From a virus (lineage: Duplodnaviria > Heunggongvirae > Uroviricota > Caudoviricetes), in the IMG/VR virus record IMGVR_UViG_2713896898_000008, positions 1-31,078 of that record: a DNA stretch of 31,078 nucleotides. One strand, written 5' to 3'. A model generated the notes under the pieces. The model did no database searches, was not told where the DNA came from, and saw only the letters and a list, made by a program, of their open reading frames with translations. Below are positions 10,153 to 18,920 of this stretch, one piece after another. A program made the translations under genes and the position numbers. The stretch's first letter is position 1. Each line of letters begins with the position of its first letter.

Positions 10153-10830
10153 ATGGCAATGGGTCCGTTAACCATTGGTCGCCCGACTGAGGCGAAAATC
10201 AACAGCACAAGCAACGATAGCAACGGTAGAACAACCAAAGGGGGTAACGGCTTTGCGATCATTACCTCTAATCTCGGCAGTGGTGCAAATGCTGCTTACA
10301 ATGACTACCAGGCATTATCATTTGATAGCGTGGAATCGACGAAAGTTAGCAGAAATGCGGACGTTACAAGCTATGCCGTCGAATCAGGATCAGAAGTTAG
10401 TGATCATGTTCAAATACGGAATAACAAGTTCACATTACAAGGGCGTATCTCTGAAACCGTATTGAAGCTCAATCCTGATATGATTAAGAATGCTGGAATT
10501 AACGGCAATCGACGTATGCTTATGCTTGAATACCTAAATCAGTTGATGGACAGTCGCCAACCTTTCCTACTTGTCACTGAGTTAAAAAATTATGACAACG
10601 TTGTGTTAGTTGGCATGTCTTACGAAGAAGAAGCAAGCGAAAGCCTATTGTTTACTCTTGATTTTGAGCAAATCCGTCTTGTCTCTAAAGCAACTACAAG
10701 CGCAATTGCGGTAAAAACAGCACCAAATAAATCTGTAGGAGGCCAGGTTAAAATGCAGGTAAATACAACAGAACAGAAAAATCAAAAAAGCCCAGGGCAA
10801 GACGTTGTAACGCCAGTATTTAAACAATAG
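10153..10830 (+). CDS. hypothetical protein (225 aa)
   Basis: last gene of operon; followed by hairpin 10872-10903. Confidence 0.45.
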   Translation: MAMGPLTIGRPTEAKINSTSNDSNGRTTKGGNGFAIITSNLGSGANAAYNDYQALSFDSVESTKVSRNADVTSYAVESGSEVSDHVQIRNNKFTLQGRISETVLKLNPDMIKNAGINGNRRMLMLEYLNQLMDSRQPFLLVTELKNYDNVVLVGMSYEEEASESLLFTLDFEQIRLVSKATTSAIAVKTAPNKSVGGQVKMQVNTTEQKNQKSPGQDVVTPVFKQ

Positions 10831-10871
10831 CCTTAAACGCCTATGAAACGCTCTGTAACGAGATAATCATA

Positions 10872-10903
10872 AAAGAGGCATCAGTCTATATTGAAGCCTC
10901 TTT
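10872..10903. terminator. bidirectional stem-loop between convergent genes
   Basis: AAAGAGGC...GCCTCTTT stem; T-rich tract on both strands (TTTATTA on plus, TTTTATGATTAT on minus). Confidence 0.5.
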
Positions 10904-10910
10904 ATTACGT

Positions 10911-12188
10911 CTATAGCGTTGTTTTACGCCTTAAATTTGATTTTTTATTGATTGATAAGCCTTTCTCTATTTCAGGGTAGCGTAAAAGCTCAATATATTT
11001 TTTAAGCTCTATTGGAGAAGCTGCATTTTTGCTATATGTGCGGAATGTTTCTGTATTGCCGCGTGTATGGCCCAGGAGAAGGGCGATCCTGTCTTCTGGA
11101 ATTTGATTTCGATCAAGAAGCTGTGCTACTCCGTGTCTCAGAGAATGAAACACTTTCCTTTCTGTTCCCTTTTCCCCTAAAGCCTTTCGTTTAGCTCTTG
11201 TAAATCGTTGTGTATGCCACGTAGAGCGTTTACCGTCAGCACGTTCTGTAATGCTGGCGTGATAGAACAAAAAGCCATTGTGAGGCTTTTCACGCAGCGA
11301 CAACACCAACGGAGTGATAAGGTTATGCACAGGCACAACACGTGCCGCAGCTTTCGTCTTTCCCTGTGTGATTTCAAAACACAGCACACCTTCGATCTCT
11401 TTCACATCGTCTATTGTGAGACTTGCTATCTCATTGATCCGCATACCTGTATATAAACCGATAAGACACAAAGCCGTCATTTCTTTGTTTTCTGCTGAAT
11501 TACCGGAAAATACTTGCAACACCTGCAATAGCTCTTTGTTAGAAAATGCCTCGTAGCTCTCTCTACTTTGTGCCACATCAAGCCTATGCCCTCGCCAGGG
11601 GGAGAGCGCCCTTTCTGGCGCATCGTGGTAACGTGATGAAGCTAATTCCCATAGCTGGGCCATTGGACTGATATAATTTGCAATTGATTGTTGTGAAAGA
11701 GTTTTTTGCATGTGTTCAATCCAGCCTGTAACAGTGGTGCGGCTTACATCTTGCAATGCAATATCAGGCTTTTTACGGTAGGAGAGAAACATCTCTACCG
11801 CTTTTCTTGCCTTAGCTAAAGTGGCTGGCTTCTTCTTCGTGCTGTTAATTGTCAGGTAGATTTCAAGAATTTTAAGCAATGACGGACACGAAGACGCTGT
11901 ATCTTGCACTCTGGTAGCTGTTTTGGCGTATTTAGCCTTACTGCGTAACAGTTCCAGCGTGTTTTCTATTGTGCTGTTTACAGGGGCAACACTCTCCCGT
12001 AAGCAATGGTATTCATCTGCAATCTGATCACGCTTTCTACGTGCAACACGAAGATTACTTGTGTGTAGACTTCTGACAAACGTCCTTTTTCCTTCAAAAA
12101 AGGGCTGCATATACACAGGCAGCGTGATCCTTAAATAGTAGTTACCGTAAGAATCACAGATTAAGTATTGGTTAGGCTTGTATCTCAT
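10911..12188 (-). CDS. tyrosine recombinase / phage-type integrase (second integrase; ORF-track 10911..12275 begins at TTG)
   Basis: C-terminal catalytic signature HSLRHGVAQ ... LLGHT ... TYSK (R-H-R-Y family); preferred start ATG 12188 has SD GGAG 6 nt upstream. Confidence 0.8.
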   Translation of the reverse strand: MRYKPNQYLICDSYGNYYLRITLPVYMQPFFEGKRTFVRSLHTSNLRVARRKRDQIADEYHCLRESVAPVNSTIENTLELLRSKAKYAKTATRVQDTASSCPSLLKILEIYLTINSTKKKPATLAKARKAVEMFLSYRKKPDIALQDVSRTTVTGWIEHMQKTLSQQSIANYISPMAQLWELASSRYHDAPERALSPWRGHRLDVAQSRESYEAFSNKELLQVLQVFSGNSAENKEMTALCLIGLYTGMRINEIASLTIDDVKEIEGVLCFEITQGKTKAAARVVPVHNLITPLVLSLREKPHNGFLFYHASITERADGKRSTWHTQRFTRAKRKALGEKGTERKVFHSLRHGVAQLLDRNQIPEDRIALLLGHTRGNTETFRTYSKNAASPIELKKYIELLRYPEIEKGLSINKKSNLRRKTTL

Positions 12189-12363
12189 AAAATCTCCGGC
12201 TAAAGTGTCGGAGCGTTTGTAATGTGAAAATTGATTGTGACGCATAGAAAATGATGATTTTTCTATAAGATTCAATCAATTAGTAATGGTCGTAGGTGAT
12301 GGCATTAACACGAGATTAATCGAGTGTTTTACTCCTATTATCGGCACCATTTAAATCAATAAG

Positions 12364-13524
12364 TTATCTCACATTTAAGTAAACCACGTTTTCCTCTTGT
12401 GCCGTATTTGTGCCATTGCGACTTATAATCGCATCGATTTTGCTCGCGTGCTCAGTGAGATGCCCGGCTGAAAGGTGGGCGTATCTTTGAACCATTTCGA
12501 GAGTTTCCCATCCTCCCATCTCTTTAAGTGCAAGAAGAGAGACACCGGACTGAACCAGCCAGCTTGCCCAGGTATGCCTCAGGTCATGGAAGCGGAAGTT
12601 GCTAATGCCTGCCCGCTTTAACGCTCCCTTCCATGCCTTGTTGCTGTCGGTTCTCATCTTCCTTACCGCTGCTGTTTTTGTTCCGTCGTTTCGGTAGGCA
12701 GGTTTGGTGTGGACAAATACCCATCTCTTATGGAGCCCCTGCTGTTTTCTTAATATCTGGCATGCGGTTTCGTTAAGAGGAACTCCGATCGCATTGCCGG
12801 CTTTTGTTTCATCAGGGGGCATCCATGCCATTTTCTTATCCAGATCGACCTGTGACCACTCAAGGTCTGTAACGTTGGAGCGGCGAAGACCTGTAGTGAT
12901 TGCGAACATGACCACAGGGAAGAAATGAGGAGCAATTTCTGCAAACAGGCGCTTCGATTCCTCCTCTGTAAGCCATCTGATTCGTCCATTCTTAACGCGT
13001 GGTGTTGATATTTTTGGCGCCCTGTCAAGCCATCCCCATTCAACAGCCATATTGAGAATAGCGCGAAGTATTGCCAGATGCCGCATCTTCGTTCCTTTGC
13101 TTGCCAGCTTTGGTTTATACTCCGGCACTGGCTTGCCAAGCCGCAAACACCTGTCCCGGCTCATCTCCCAGTTCAGGCGATGGCGGCGGTTTTCCATCCC
13201 GTCTACCGCCTCCATTATTTTTTCTGTTGTTATGTCAGAGAGAATGGTTTCTCTGAAGTGCAACATCCAGAACGATATAATGCTCTTGTCATCATCAATG
13301 GACTTCTTATCCGATTTCTCACGCAGCCACCGTATGCAGGCTTCCTTGAATAGCTTTTTCGGTGATTCCCCGAGATTTTTTACTCTCCACGCTTCTGCTT
13401 TCAGACGATCGTGAAGTTCTTGCGCTTGCCTTTTGTCCGATGTTTCAAGAGAGCGTCTAACTCTTGATCCATCTGGCGCGACGAAATCGCAGTGCCACGT
13501 GCCACCGCGTAGTTTGATTGACAT
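12364..13524 (-). CDS. int: lambdoid phage integrase (tyrosine recombinase)
   Basis: 386 aa; catalytic motifs TGLRRSN, FHDLRHTWAS, VQRYAHL; strong SD AGGAGG; immediately downstream of an excisionase and Red operon as in lambda, but sequence is not lambda Int. Confidence 0.9.
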   Translation of the reverse strand: MSIKLRGGTWHCDFVAPDGSRVRRSLETSDKRQAQELHDRLKAEAWRVKNLGESPKKLFKEACIRWLREKSDKKSIDDDKSIISFWMLHFRETILSDITTEKIMEAVDGMENRRHRLNWEMSRDRCLRLGKPVPEYKPKLASKGTKMRHLAILRAILNMAVEWGWLDRAPKISTPRVKNGRIRWLTEEESKRLFAEIAPHFFPVVMFAITTGLRRSNVTDLEWSQVDLDKKMAWMPPDETKAGNAIGVPLNETACQILRKQQGLHKRWVFVHTKPAYRNDGTKTAAVRKMRTDSNKAWKGALKRAGISNFRFHDLRHTWASWLVQSGVSLLALKEMGGWETLEMVQRYAHLSAGHLTEHASKIDAIISRNGTNTAQEENVVYLNVR

Positions 13525-13748
13525 GCTTTAACCTCCTGCATATCAACCGCATTCACCGCGCTATTGTGTCTCACAGACTTAAGCGCCGCAATGCAGTCTG
13601 ACTTGCAAATGCGATATGGGCTTTTAGGTTTATCTGGATTTATCTTTGCGGCCTGAAGTCGTCCACTTCGTATCCACTGCGTGATAGTGCCTTTGTCTAC
13701 CTTCAGATACGATGCTGCCTCTTCACGAGTGAAGATTTCTTCTTCCAC
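13401..13748 (-). CDS. xis: excisionase-like HTH protein
   Basis: N-terminal FTREEAASYLKVDKGTITQWIRSGRL HTH typical of Xis/AlpA family; positioned directly upstream of int (overlaps int start by ~40 codons, so C-terminal extent uncertain). Confidence 0.6.
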   Translation of the reverse strand: MEEEIFTREEAASYLKVDKGTITQWIRSGRLQAAKINPDKPKSPYRICKSDCIAALKSVRHNSAVNAVDMQEVKACQSNYAVARGTAISSRQMDQELDALLKHRTKGKRKNFTIV

Positions 13749-13817
13749 TTGGAATCTCCATTTATTGAGTTGGTATTATTGCGGTAGGTCTGGATATCAT
13801 TGAGAAATGAACAGGCC

Positions 13818-14096
13818 TCATCGAGTGTGAGGCTGTGTGATTCCATGGTTACCTCTGTTTTTTGAGCGCATGGAACGTAACTTCTTAATGTGTTCTGCCG
13901 TTTCGATCTCTTCTGCTATCCGATCTGCATCAGCTTTATTCACAGGTTCAAAGTCATGATTAAAGCGGAACATGCTGGCGATACATGTTCTGCCTTTTCG
14001 GATGTAGTGAACTTTGTTGTGGGTAGAACGCAGGATTTTGCAGGGAGTGCCGTGGTGGTCGACGTACCAGGTGTTAGGAAAAATGATTCTGAACAT
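13818..14096 (-). CDS. hypothetical early-left-operon protein (92 aa)
   Basis: ORF in the exo-xis accessory region. Confidence 0.4.
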   Translation of the reverse strand: MFRIIFPNTWYVDHHGTPCKILRSTHNKVHYIRKGRTCIASMFRFNHDFEPVNKADADRIAEEIETAEHIKKLRSMRSKNRGNHGITQPHTR

Positions 14097-14143
14097 TTTT
14101 ACACCTCAGTTGGACGATGTTGAAATTTGCTGCTTTGAGGCCA

Positions 14144-14362
14144 TCACAATCCCCATTGTTTGTTCTTAAGTTCGATCTCCTCCTGGCAACTTGCACAAGT
14201 CCGACAACCCTGAACGGCCAGGCGTCTTCGTTCATCTATGGGGTCGCCACACTCACAACAATGAGTGGCAGATATAGCCTGGTGGTTCAGACGACGCATT
14301 TTTATTGCTGTATTGCGCTGTAATTCTTCGATTTCTGATGCTGAATCAATGATGTCTGCCAT
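14144..14362 (-). CDS. TraR/DksA-family C4 zinc-finger protein
   Basis: 72 aa; CxxC...CxxC (CCECGDPIDERRRLAVQGCRTCASCQ) characteristic of phage TraR-like proteins. Confidence 0.65.
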   Translation of the reverse strand: MADIIDSASEIEELQRNTAIKMRRLNHQAISATHCCECGDPIDERRRLAVQGCRTCASCQEEIELKNKQWGL

Positions 14363-14460
14363 CCTCCATTAATCCCTGAATTGTTGGTTAATACGCTTGA
14401 GGGTGAATGCGAATAATAAAAAAGGAGCCTGTAGCTCCCTGATGATTTTGCTTTTCATGT

Positions 14461-14679
14461 TCATCGCTCCTTAAAGACGCCGTTTAACATGCCGATCGCC
14501 AGGCTTAAATGAGTCGGTGTGAATCCCATCAGCGTTACCGTTTCGCGGTGCTTCTTCAGTACGCTACGGCAAATGTCATCGACGTTTTTATCCGGAAACT
14601 GCTGTCTGGCTTTTTTGATTTCAGAATTAGCCTGACGGGCAATGCTGCGAAGGGCGTTTTCCTGCTGAGGTGTCATTGA
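14461..14679 (-). CDS. hypothetical protein (72 aa; ORF-track 14461..14775 trimmed to internal ATG MTPQQ)
   Basis: upstream part of the track ORF overlaps the Dam gene, so the internal start is preferred. Confidence 0.35.
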   Translation of the reverse strand, partial: SMTPQQENALRSIARQANSEIKKARQQFPDKNVDDICRSVLKKHRETVTLMGFTPTHLSLAIGMLNGVFKER

Positions 14680-14752
14680 ACAAGTCCCATGTCGGCAAGC
14701 ATAAGCACACAGAATATGAAGCCCGCTGCCAGAAAAATGCATTCCGTGGTTG

Positions 14753-15310
14753 TCATGCAGCCTCCCGACGGGCAAGAATCCTTGAGCCGAACGCCATCAA
14801 CTCTCCACGATCAACGGTCGTAAAGTGGCAGTGTGTACGGGGGTATGGGTGCCAGATAATGAGCATCGAGCCTTTATTATTTCCACTGACGGGTTTCCCG
14901 GTGAGTGGGTTAATAAATGCCAGTCGTCCTGCCGTGATGAATCTGACCTCACTGGCGGTTTGTATCGCTTCATGAAACCATCCGACAGATGTGTCAGCAG
15001 GCAATAACATTACACATCCCACACTACTGAATTTGTTTTCAGTGGCTGCCTTTTTCACAAAAGGGGAAATATTGCTGTATGGTGGATTCAACCAGACATA
15101 ACCAGAGGCACATCCCATTGCTTCAGGCCATGAAGTGGTTAATGTGTTCTGCTCCTGTGAGATAAAAAGCCGACATAGTCGGTTTTTTTCGCTGGCGGCA
15201 GCATCAAGTTGAAAAACGAACTCTGCATTAAGCGCAGCAAAAATCTCTGGTGGTGTGCGCCAGCTGTCGCGATGTTCGGCAGGAGTATTGCTTCCGGTGA
15301 AATCAGTCAT
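14753..15310 (-). CDS. phage DNA N6-adenine methyltransferase (Dam-like)
   Basis: 185 aa; WRTPPEIF N-terminus and NPPY catalytic motif (WLNPPYS) typical of phage Dam methylases. Confidence 0.8.
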   Translation of the reverse strand: MTDFTGSNTPAEHRDSWRTPPEIFAALNAEFVFQLDAAASEKNRLCRLFISQEQNTLTTSWPEAMGCASGYVWLNPPYSNISPFVKKAATENKFSSVGCVMLLPADTSVGWFHEAIQTASEVRFITAGRLAFINPLTGKPVSGNNKGSMLIIWHPYPRTHCHFTTVDRGELMAFGSRILARREAA

Positions 15311-15464
15311 ACAGCCCCCGTTTATTATTTATCACCTCAGCTAGCCGCTGTGCTTTCAGTGGATTTCGGATAACAGAAAGGCCGGGAAATACCCAGCCTT
15401 GCTTTGTAACGGAGTAGACGAAAGTTATCGCGCCTACCCGGATATTATCGTGAGGATGCTTCAT
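15303..15464 (-). CDS. hypothetical small protein (53 aa) coupled between exo and the Dam gene
   Basis: ATG overlaps exo stop; its TGA overlaps the Dam ATG (ATGACTGA); not in ORF track (size cutoff). Confidence 0.3.
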   Translation of the reverse strand: MKHPHDNIRVGAITFVYSVTKQGWVFPGLSVIRNPLKAQRLAEVINNKRGLYD

Positions 15465-16141
15465 CGCCATTGCTCCCCAAATACAAAACCAATTTCAGCC
15501 AGTGCCTCGTCCATTTTTTCGATGAACTCCGGCACCATCTCGTCAAAACTCGTCATGTACTTTTCATCCCGCTCAACCACGACATAATGCAGTCCTTCAC
15601 GTTTCATACGCGGGTCATAGTTGGCAAAGTACCAGGCATCTTTTCGTGTCACCCACATGCTGTACTGCACCTGGGCCATGTAAGCCGACTTTATGGCCTC
15701 GAAACCACCGAGCCGGAACTTCATGAAATCCCGGGAGGTAAACGGGCATTTCAGCTCAAGGCCGTTGCCGTCACTGCATAAACCATCGGGAGAGCAGGCG
15801 GTGCGCATACTTTCGTCGTGATAGATGATCGGGGATTCAGTAACATTCACGCCGGAAGTAAACTCAAACAGGGCTCTGGCGTCGTTCTCGTACTGTTTTC
15901 CCCAGGCCAGTGCTTTAGCGTTAACTTCCGGAGCCACACCGGTGCAAACCTCGGCAAGCAGGGTGTGGAAGTAGGACATTTTCATGTCAGGCCACTTCTT
16001 TCCGGAGCGGGGTTTTGCTATCACGTTGTGAACTTCTGAAGCGGTGATGACGCCGAGCCGTAATTTGTGCCACGCATCATCCCCCTGTTCGACAGCTCTC
16101 ACATCGATCCCGGTACGCTGCTGGATAATGTCCGGTGTCAT
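15461..16141 (-). CDS. exo: lambda exonuclease (Red alpha)
   Basis: 226 aa, near-identical to my recollection of lambda Exo ([35 protein letters not shown]...FVFGEQWR). Confidence 0.95.
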   Translation of the reverse strand: MTPDIIQQRTGIDVRAVEQGDDAWHKLRLGVITASEVHNVIAKPRSGKKWPDMKMSYFHTLLAEVCTGVAPEVNAKALAWGKQYENDARALFEFTSGVNVTESPIIYHDESMRTACSPDGLCSDGNGLELKCPFTSRDFMKFRLGGFEAIKSAYMAQVQYSMWVTRKDAWYFANYDPRMKREGLHYVVVERDEKYMTSFDEMVPEFIEKMDEALAEIGFVFGEQWR

Positions 16142-16923
16142 GCTGCCACCTTCTGCTCTGCGGCTTTCTGTTTCAGGAATCCAAGAGCTTTTACTGCTTC
16201 GGCCTGTGTCAGTTCTGACGATGCACGAATGTCGCGGCGAAATATCTGGGAACAGAGTGGCAATAAGTCGTCATCCCATGTTTTATCCAGGGCGATCAGC
16301 AGAGTGTTAATCTCCTGCATGGTTTCATCGTTAACCGGAGTGATGTCGCGTTCCGGCTGACGTTCTGCAGTGTATGCGGTATTTTCGACAATGCGCTCGG
16401 CTTCATCCTTGTCATAGATACCCGCAAATCCGAAGGCCAGACGGGCACACTGAATCATGGCTTTATGCCGTAACATCCGTTTGGGATGCGACTGCCACGG
16501 TCCGGTGATTTCCCTGCCTTCGCGAGTTTTGAATGGTTCGCGGCGGCATTCATCCATCCATTCGGTAACGCAGATCGGATGATTACGGTCCTTGCGGTAA
16601 ATCCGGCATGTACAGGATTCATTGTCCTGCTCAAAGTCCATGCCATCAAACTGCTGGTTTTCATTGATGATGCGGGACCAGCCATCAACGCCCACCACCG
16701 GAACGATGCCGTTCTGCTTATCAGGGAAGGCGTAAATTTCTTTCGTCCACGGATTAAGGCCGTACTGGTTGGCGACGATCAACAATGCGATGAACTGCGC
16801 ATCGCTGGCATCACCTTTAAATGCCGTCTGGCGAAGAGTGGTGATCAGTTCCTGTGGGTCGACAGAATCCATGCCGACACGTTCAGCCAGCTTCCCTGCC
16901 AGCGTTGCGAGTGCTGTACTCAT
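16138..16923 (-). CDS. bet: lambda Beta single-strand annealing protein (Red beta)
   Basis: 261 aa, matches lambda Bet ([68 protein letters not shown]...); ATGA overlap with exo. Confidence 0.95.
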   Translation of the reverse strand: MSTALATLAGKLAERVGMDSVDPQELITTLRQTAFKGDASDAQFIALLIVANQYGLNPWTKEIYAFPDKQNGIVPVVGVDGWSRIINENQQFDGMDFEQDNESCTCRIYRKDRNHPICVTEWMDECRREPFKTREGREITGPWQSHPKRMLRHKAMIQCARLAFGFAGIYDKDEAERIVENTAYTAERQPERDITPVNDETMQEINTLLIALDKTWDDDLLPLCSQIFRRDIRASSELTQAEAVKALGFLKQKAAEQKVAA

Positions 16924-16928
16924 TCGTT

Positions 16929-17225
16929 TTATACCTCTGAATCAATATCAACCTGGTGGTGAGCAATGGTTTCAACCATGTACCGGATGTGTTCTGCCAT
17001 GCGCTCCTGAAACTCAACATCGTCATCAAACGCACGGGTAATGGCTTTTTTGCTGGCCCCGTGGCGTTGCAAATGATCGATGCATAGCGATTCAAACAGG
17101 TGCTGGGGCAGGCCTTTTTCCATGTCGTCTGCCAGTTCTGCCTCTTTCTCTTCACGGGCGATCTGCTGGTAGTGACGCGCCCAGCTCTGAGCCTCAAGAC
17201 GATCCTGAATGTAATAAGCGTTCAT
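16929..17225 (-). CDS. gam: Gam, RecBCD inhibitor (short GamS form)
   Basis: 98 aa [21 protein letters not shown]...[10 protein letters not shown] matches lambda Gam C-terminal 98 residues. Confidence 0.9.
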   Translation of the reverse strand: MNAYYIQDRLEAQSWARHYQQIAREEKEAELADDMEKGLPQHLFESLCIDHLQRHGASKKAITRAFDDDVEFQERMAEHIRYMVETIAHHQVDIDSEV

Positions 17226-17300
17226 GGCTGAACTCCTGAAAATGGCTGTGAAAATAGCGCCCGCGAAATGCCAGGCTGATTAGGAAAACAGGAAAGGGGA

Positions 17301-17507
17301 TTAGTGATTCAGGCCGTTGCCGCGTCCGTCGAGAAAAACTTCCACGAGCAAATCACGGGTATAAGTGCGCTCGATGCCGCGATGCAGATAAAGCCGTCCG
17401 CGTAAATTAGCTGATGCAGTCCAGTTACCATCTTTGTGTTTGACCAGCATTCCTGGCATGACCGCACCTCGATTAACGGTCTGCGTTCCGTAATGTTGAT
17501 GAACCAT
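17301..17507 (-). CDS. hypothetical early protein in the kil/cIII position (68 aa)
   Basis: good SD (CAGGAG) 6 nt upstream of ATG; first convincing ORF downstream of the pL-like promoter; identity not recognised. Confidence 0.5.
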   Translation of the reverse strand: MVHQHYGTQTVNRGAVMPGMLVKHKDGNWTASANLRGRLYLHRGIERTYTRDLLVEVFLDGRGNGLNH

Positions 17508-17774
17508 AAAAACTCCTGCCCGTAAGCTGGGCTGCTGAACAAATAAGGGGTTGCGCAGTATCTGGCGGTGGATGGCCGCCGGTTGTCATAACTAAGCCGC
17601 CTCGTTGAAGCAACTGAGGTATGAAGTGTTGATTTGATTTCAGCTGGTCACACCGACGTTCACGCGTCCGCTTCACCCCTCGCACTCCCCGGAGCCTGCT
17701 GAAATTCAAGCTGCGGATCTAAGCGGTCATCGCAACGGTGAATCAGGTGGTTGCCGTATCGTTGTGTTGTTGCG

Positions 17775-17803
17775 ATATGGTGATAATAGCTATTGCTATT
17801 GGT
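17775..17803 (-). promoter_or_regulatory. pL-like early-left promoter with overlapping operator repeats
   Basis: minus strand -35 TTGATA (17803..17798), 17-nt spacer, -10 TATTAT (17780..17775); operator-like TTGCTATTG motifs (17781-17794, 17811-17819) also present in the cI-cro intergenic region. Confidence 0.6.
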
Positions 17804-17950
17804 GATATCAATACTTGTTGCTATTGGTTGATGTGTTTTGATATTAAATATTTGATAGCAAAAAGAATTAATTTTGTGACTTGCATCGCATAGCGATAAC
17901 TGAAGCGAGGTTGTGGTGGTTTTTTGAACGGTGTGTGATGAGGGGAGGGG

Positions 17951-17980
17951 ACAAAAGAAAACCCGGCACGGTGGCCGGGT
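17951..17980 (-). terminator. rho-independent terminator ending the cI-proximal operon
   Basis: minus strand ACCCGGC-CACCGT-GCCGGGT followed by TTTTCTTTTGT; immediately after stop of the 310-aa gene. Confidence 0.75.
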
Positions 17981-17987
17981 AGCATCA

Positions 17988-18920
17988 CTATTCGATTTTT
18001 TTAACCATGTAGTTACGTCGTGATGTTCCTAATCTTTCATTGTGAATCTCAGAAACGCTTACTACGAGCGATATTCGTTCACCAACTTTATATTTACTTT
18101 GAATTTCTCCTAACATATCAATCGGATAAGAAGCCTTTATTTTTCCAAGCTCGCTTGCAATCTCCAATTTTCCGTACATGGATAAAATAGCAAGTTCGCC
18201 TGATATATGCTCATCCGGTAGCTGAATGACCTTCGTTAAAGCTAAGCGAGCATTCAGTTTTTTTATATCTTCTGAAGAAATTGACACTTGTCTGGTACCA
18301 TCACTTAAAGGTCCAATCCAAGTAAGATCAAAGTTAAGACTATATTTTTCGCACTCATTTATGATGTTTTTTAGGTTAGCTGTTGATTGCGAACCAATTT
18401 CGGCAATTTTAGCCGTGAATGTTTCTTCATCAATGGATGAGAGTAGTGCAAAAATCTCCTTAACAGCATGACTGGATACTGTTTCGATGAGCTCGCAAGA
18501 ACCAGTAGAAAAAGTAACACCTAACTTCGTCGAACCTGGACGCAAGTCTGCCAATCTCATGTCTAATGATTTTTTAACATCAATCGGCACACGACTAGAA
18601 TCTTTCCCAGATCCAAGTCGGTAAACTGCTTTCTGTACAAGGGATGCGAGATTACCTGAAATTACAGATAGAATATCTAACGGAATAGACCCGAAATCGA
18701 CCAAAACACCTTTTAATCTCAACTCCATGAAATCACGTAAAGGATGTTGGTTATCGATTGCACGTTGTCTCTCTCGGAGATCGCTCAGATGGGAGTCAAG
18801 TGATCTAAATATAATGTCATCAGCAAATGATCTCCCCTTATTTTGAGCAAGCAGATCCACATCGCGTTGAATGAACGCAATTCGCTCCTTGAGGGAGTTG
18901 AATGTTTTTTCTTCGCTCAT
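17988..18920 (-). CDS. hypothetical 310-aa protein, partner of nucleotidyltransferase-like gene (rex-position module)
   Basis: start ATG overlaps stop of upstream gene (ATGA); no recognised motifs; located between cI and pL where lambda carries rexA/rexB. Confidence 0.6.
   Translation of the reverse strand: MSEEKTFNSLKERIAFIQRDVDLLAQNKGRSFADDIIFRSLDSHLSDLRERQRAIDNQHPLRDFMELRLKGVLVDFGSIPLDILSVISGNLASLVQKAVYRLGSGKDSSRVPIDVKKSLDMRLADLRPGSTKLGVTFSTGSCELIETVSSHAVKEIFALLSSIDEETFTAKIAEIGSQSTANLKNIINECEKYSLNFDLTWIGPLSDGTRQVSISSEDIKKLNARLALTKVIQLPDEHISGELAILSMYGKLEIASELGKIKASYPIDMLGEIQSKYKVGERISLVVSVSEIHNERLGTSRRNYMVKKIE

Noticed and set aside
8770-10827. Minus and alternate-frame ORFs 8770..8970, 9259..9618, 9683..9904, 10080..10262, 10175..10465, 10645..10827
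   Set aside because: Overlap the 613-aa and 225-aa genes in other frames; no independent support.
11012-11556. Plus-strand ORFs inside the second integrase
   Set aside because: Antisense to a gene with clear catalytic motifs.
12704-13414. ORFs overlapping the lambdoid int in other frames
   Set aside because: Shadow ORFs of the integrase gene.
13890-15007. Plus-strand ORFs 13890..14123, 14117..14323, 14670..14975, 14825..15007
   Set aside because: Antisense to the minus-strand early-left operon (hypothetical, TraR-like and Dam genes).
15399-17197. ORFs antisense or alternate-frame within exo, bet and gam
   Set aside because: exo, bet and gam are confidently identified; overlapping frames are artefacts.
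17309-17709. ORFs 17309..17542 and 17473..17709 as protein-coding features
   Set aside because: Overlap the better-supported 17301..17507 gene or lack SD and use rare codons; the 78-aa ORF is kept only as an unresolved N-like possibility in the findings.
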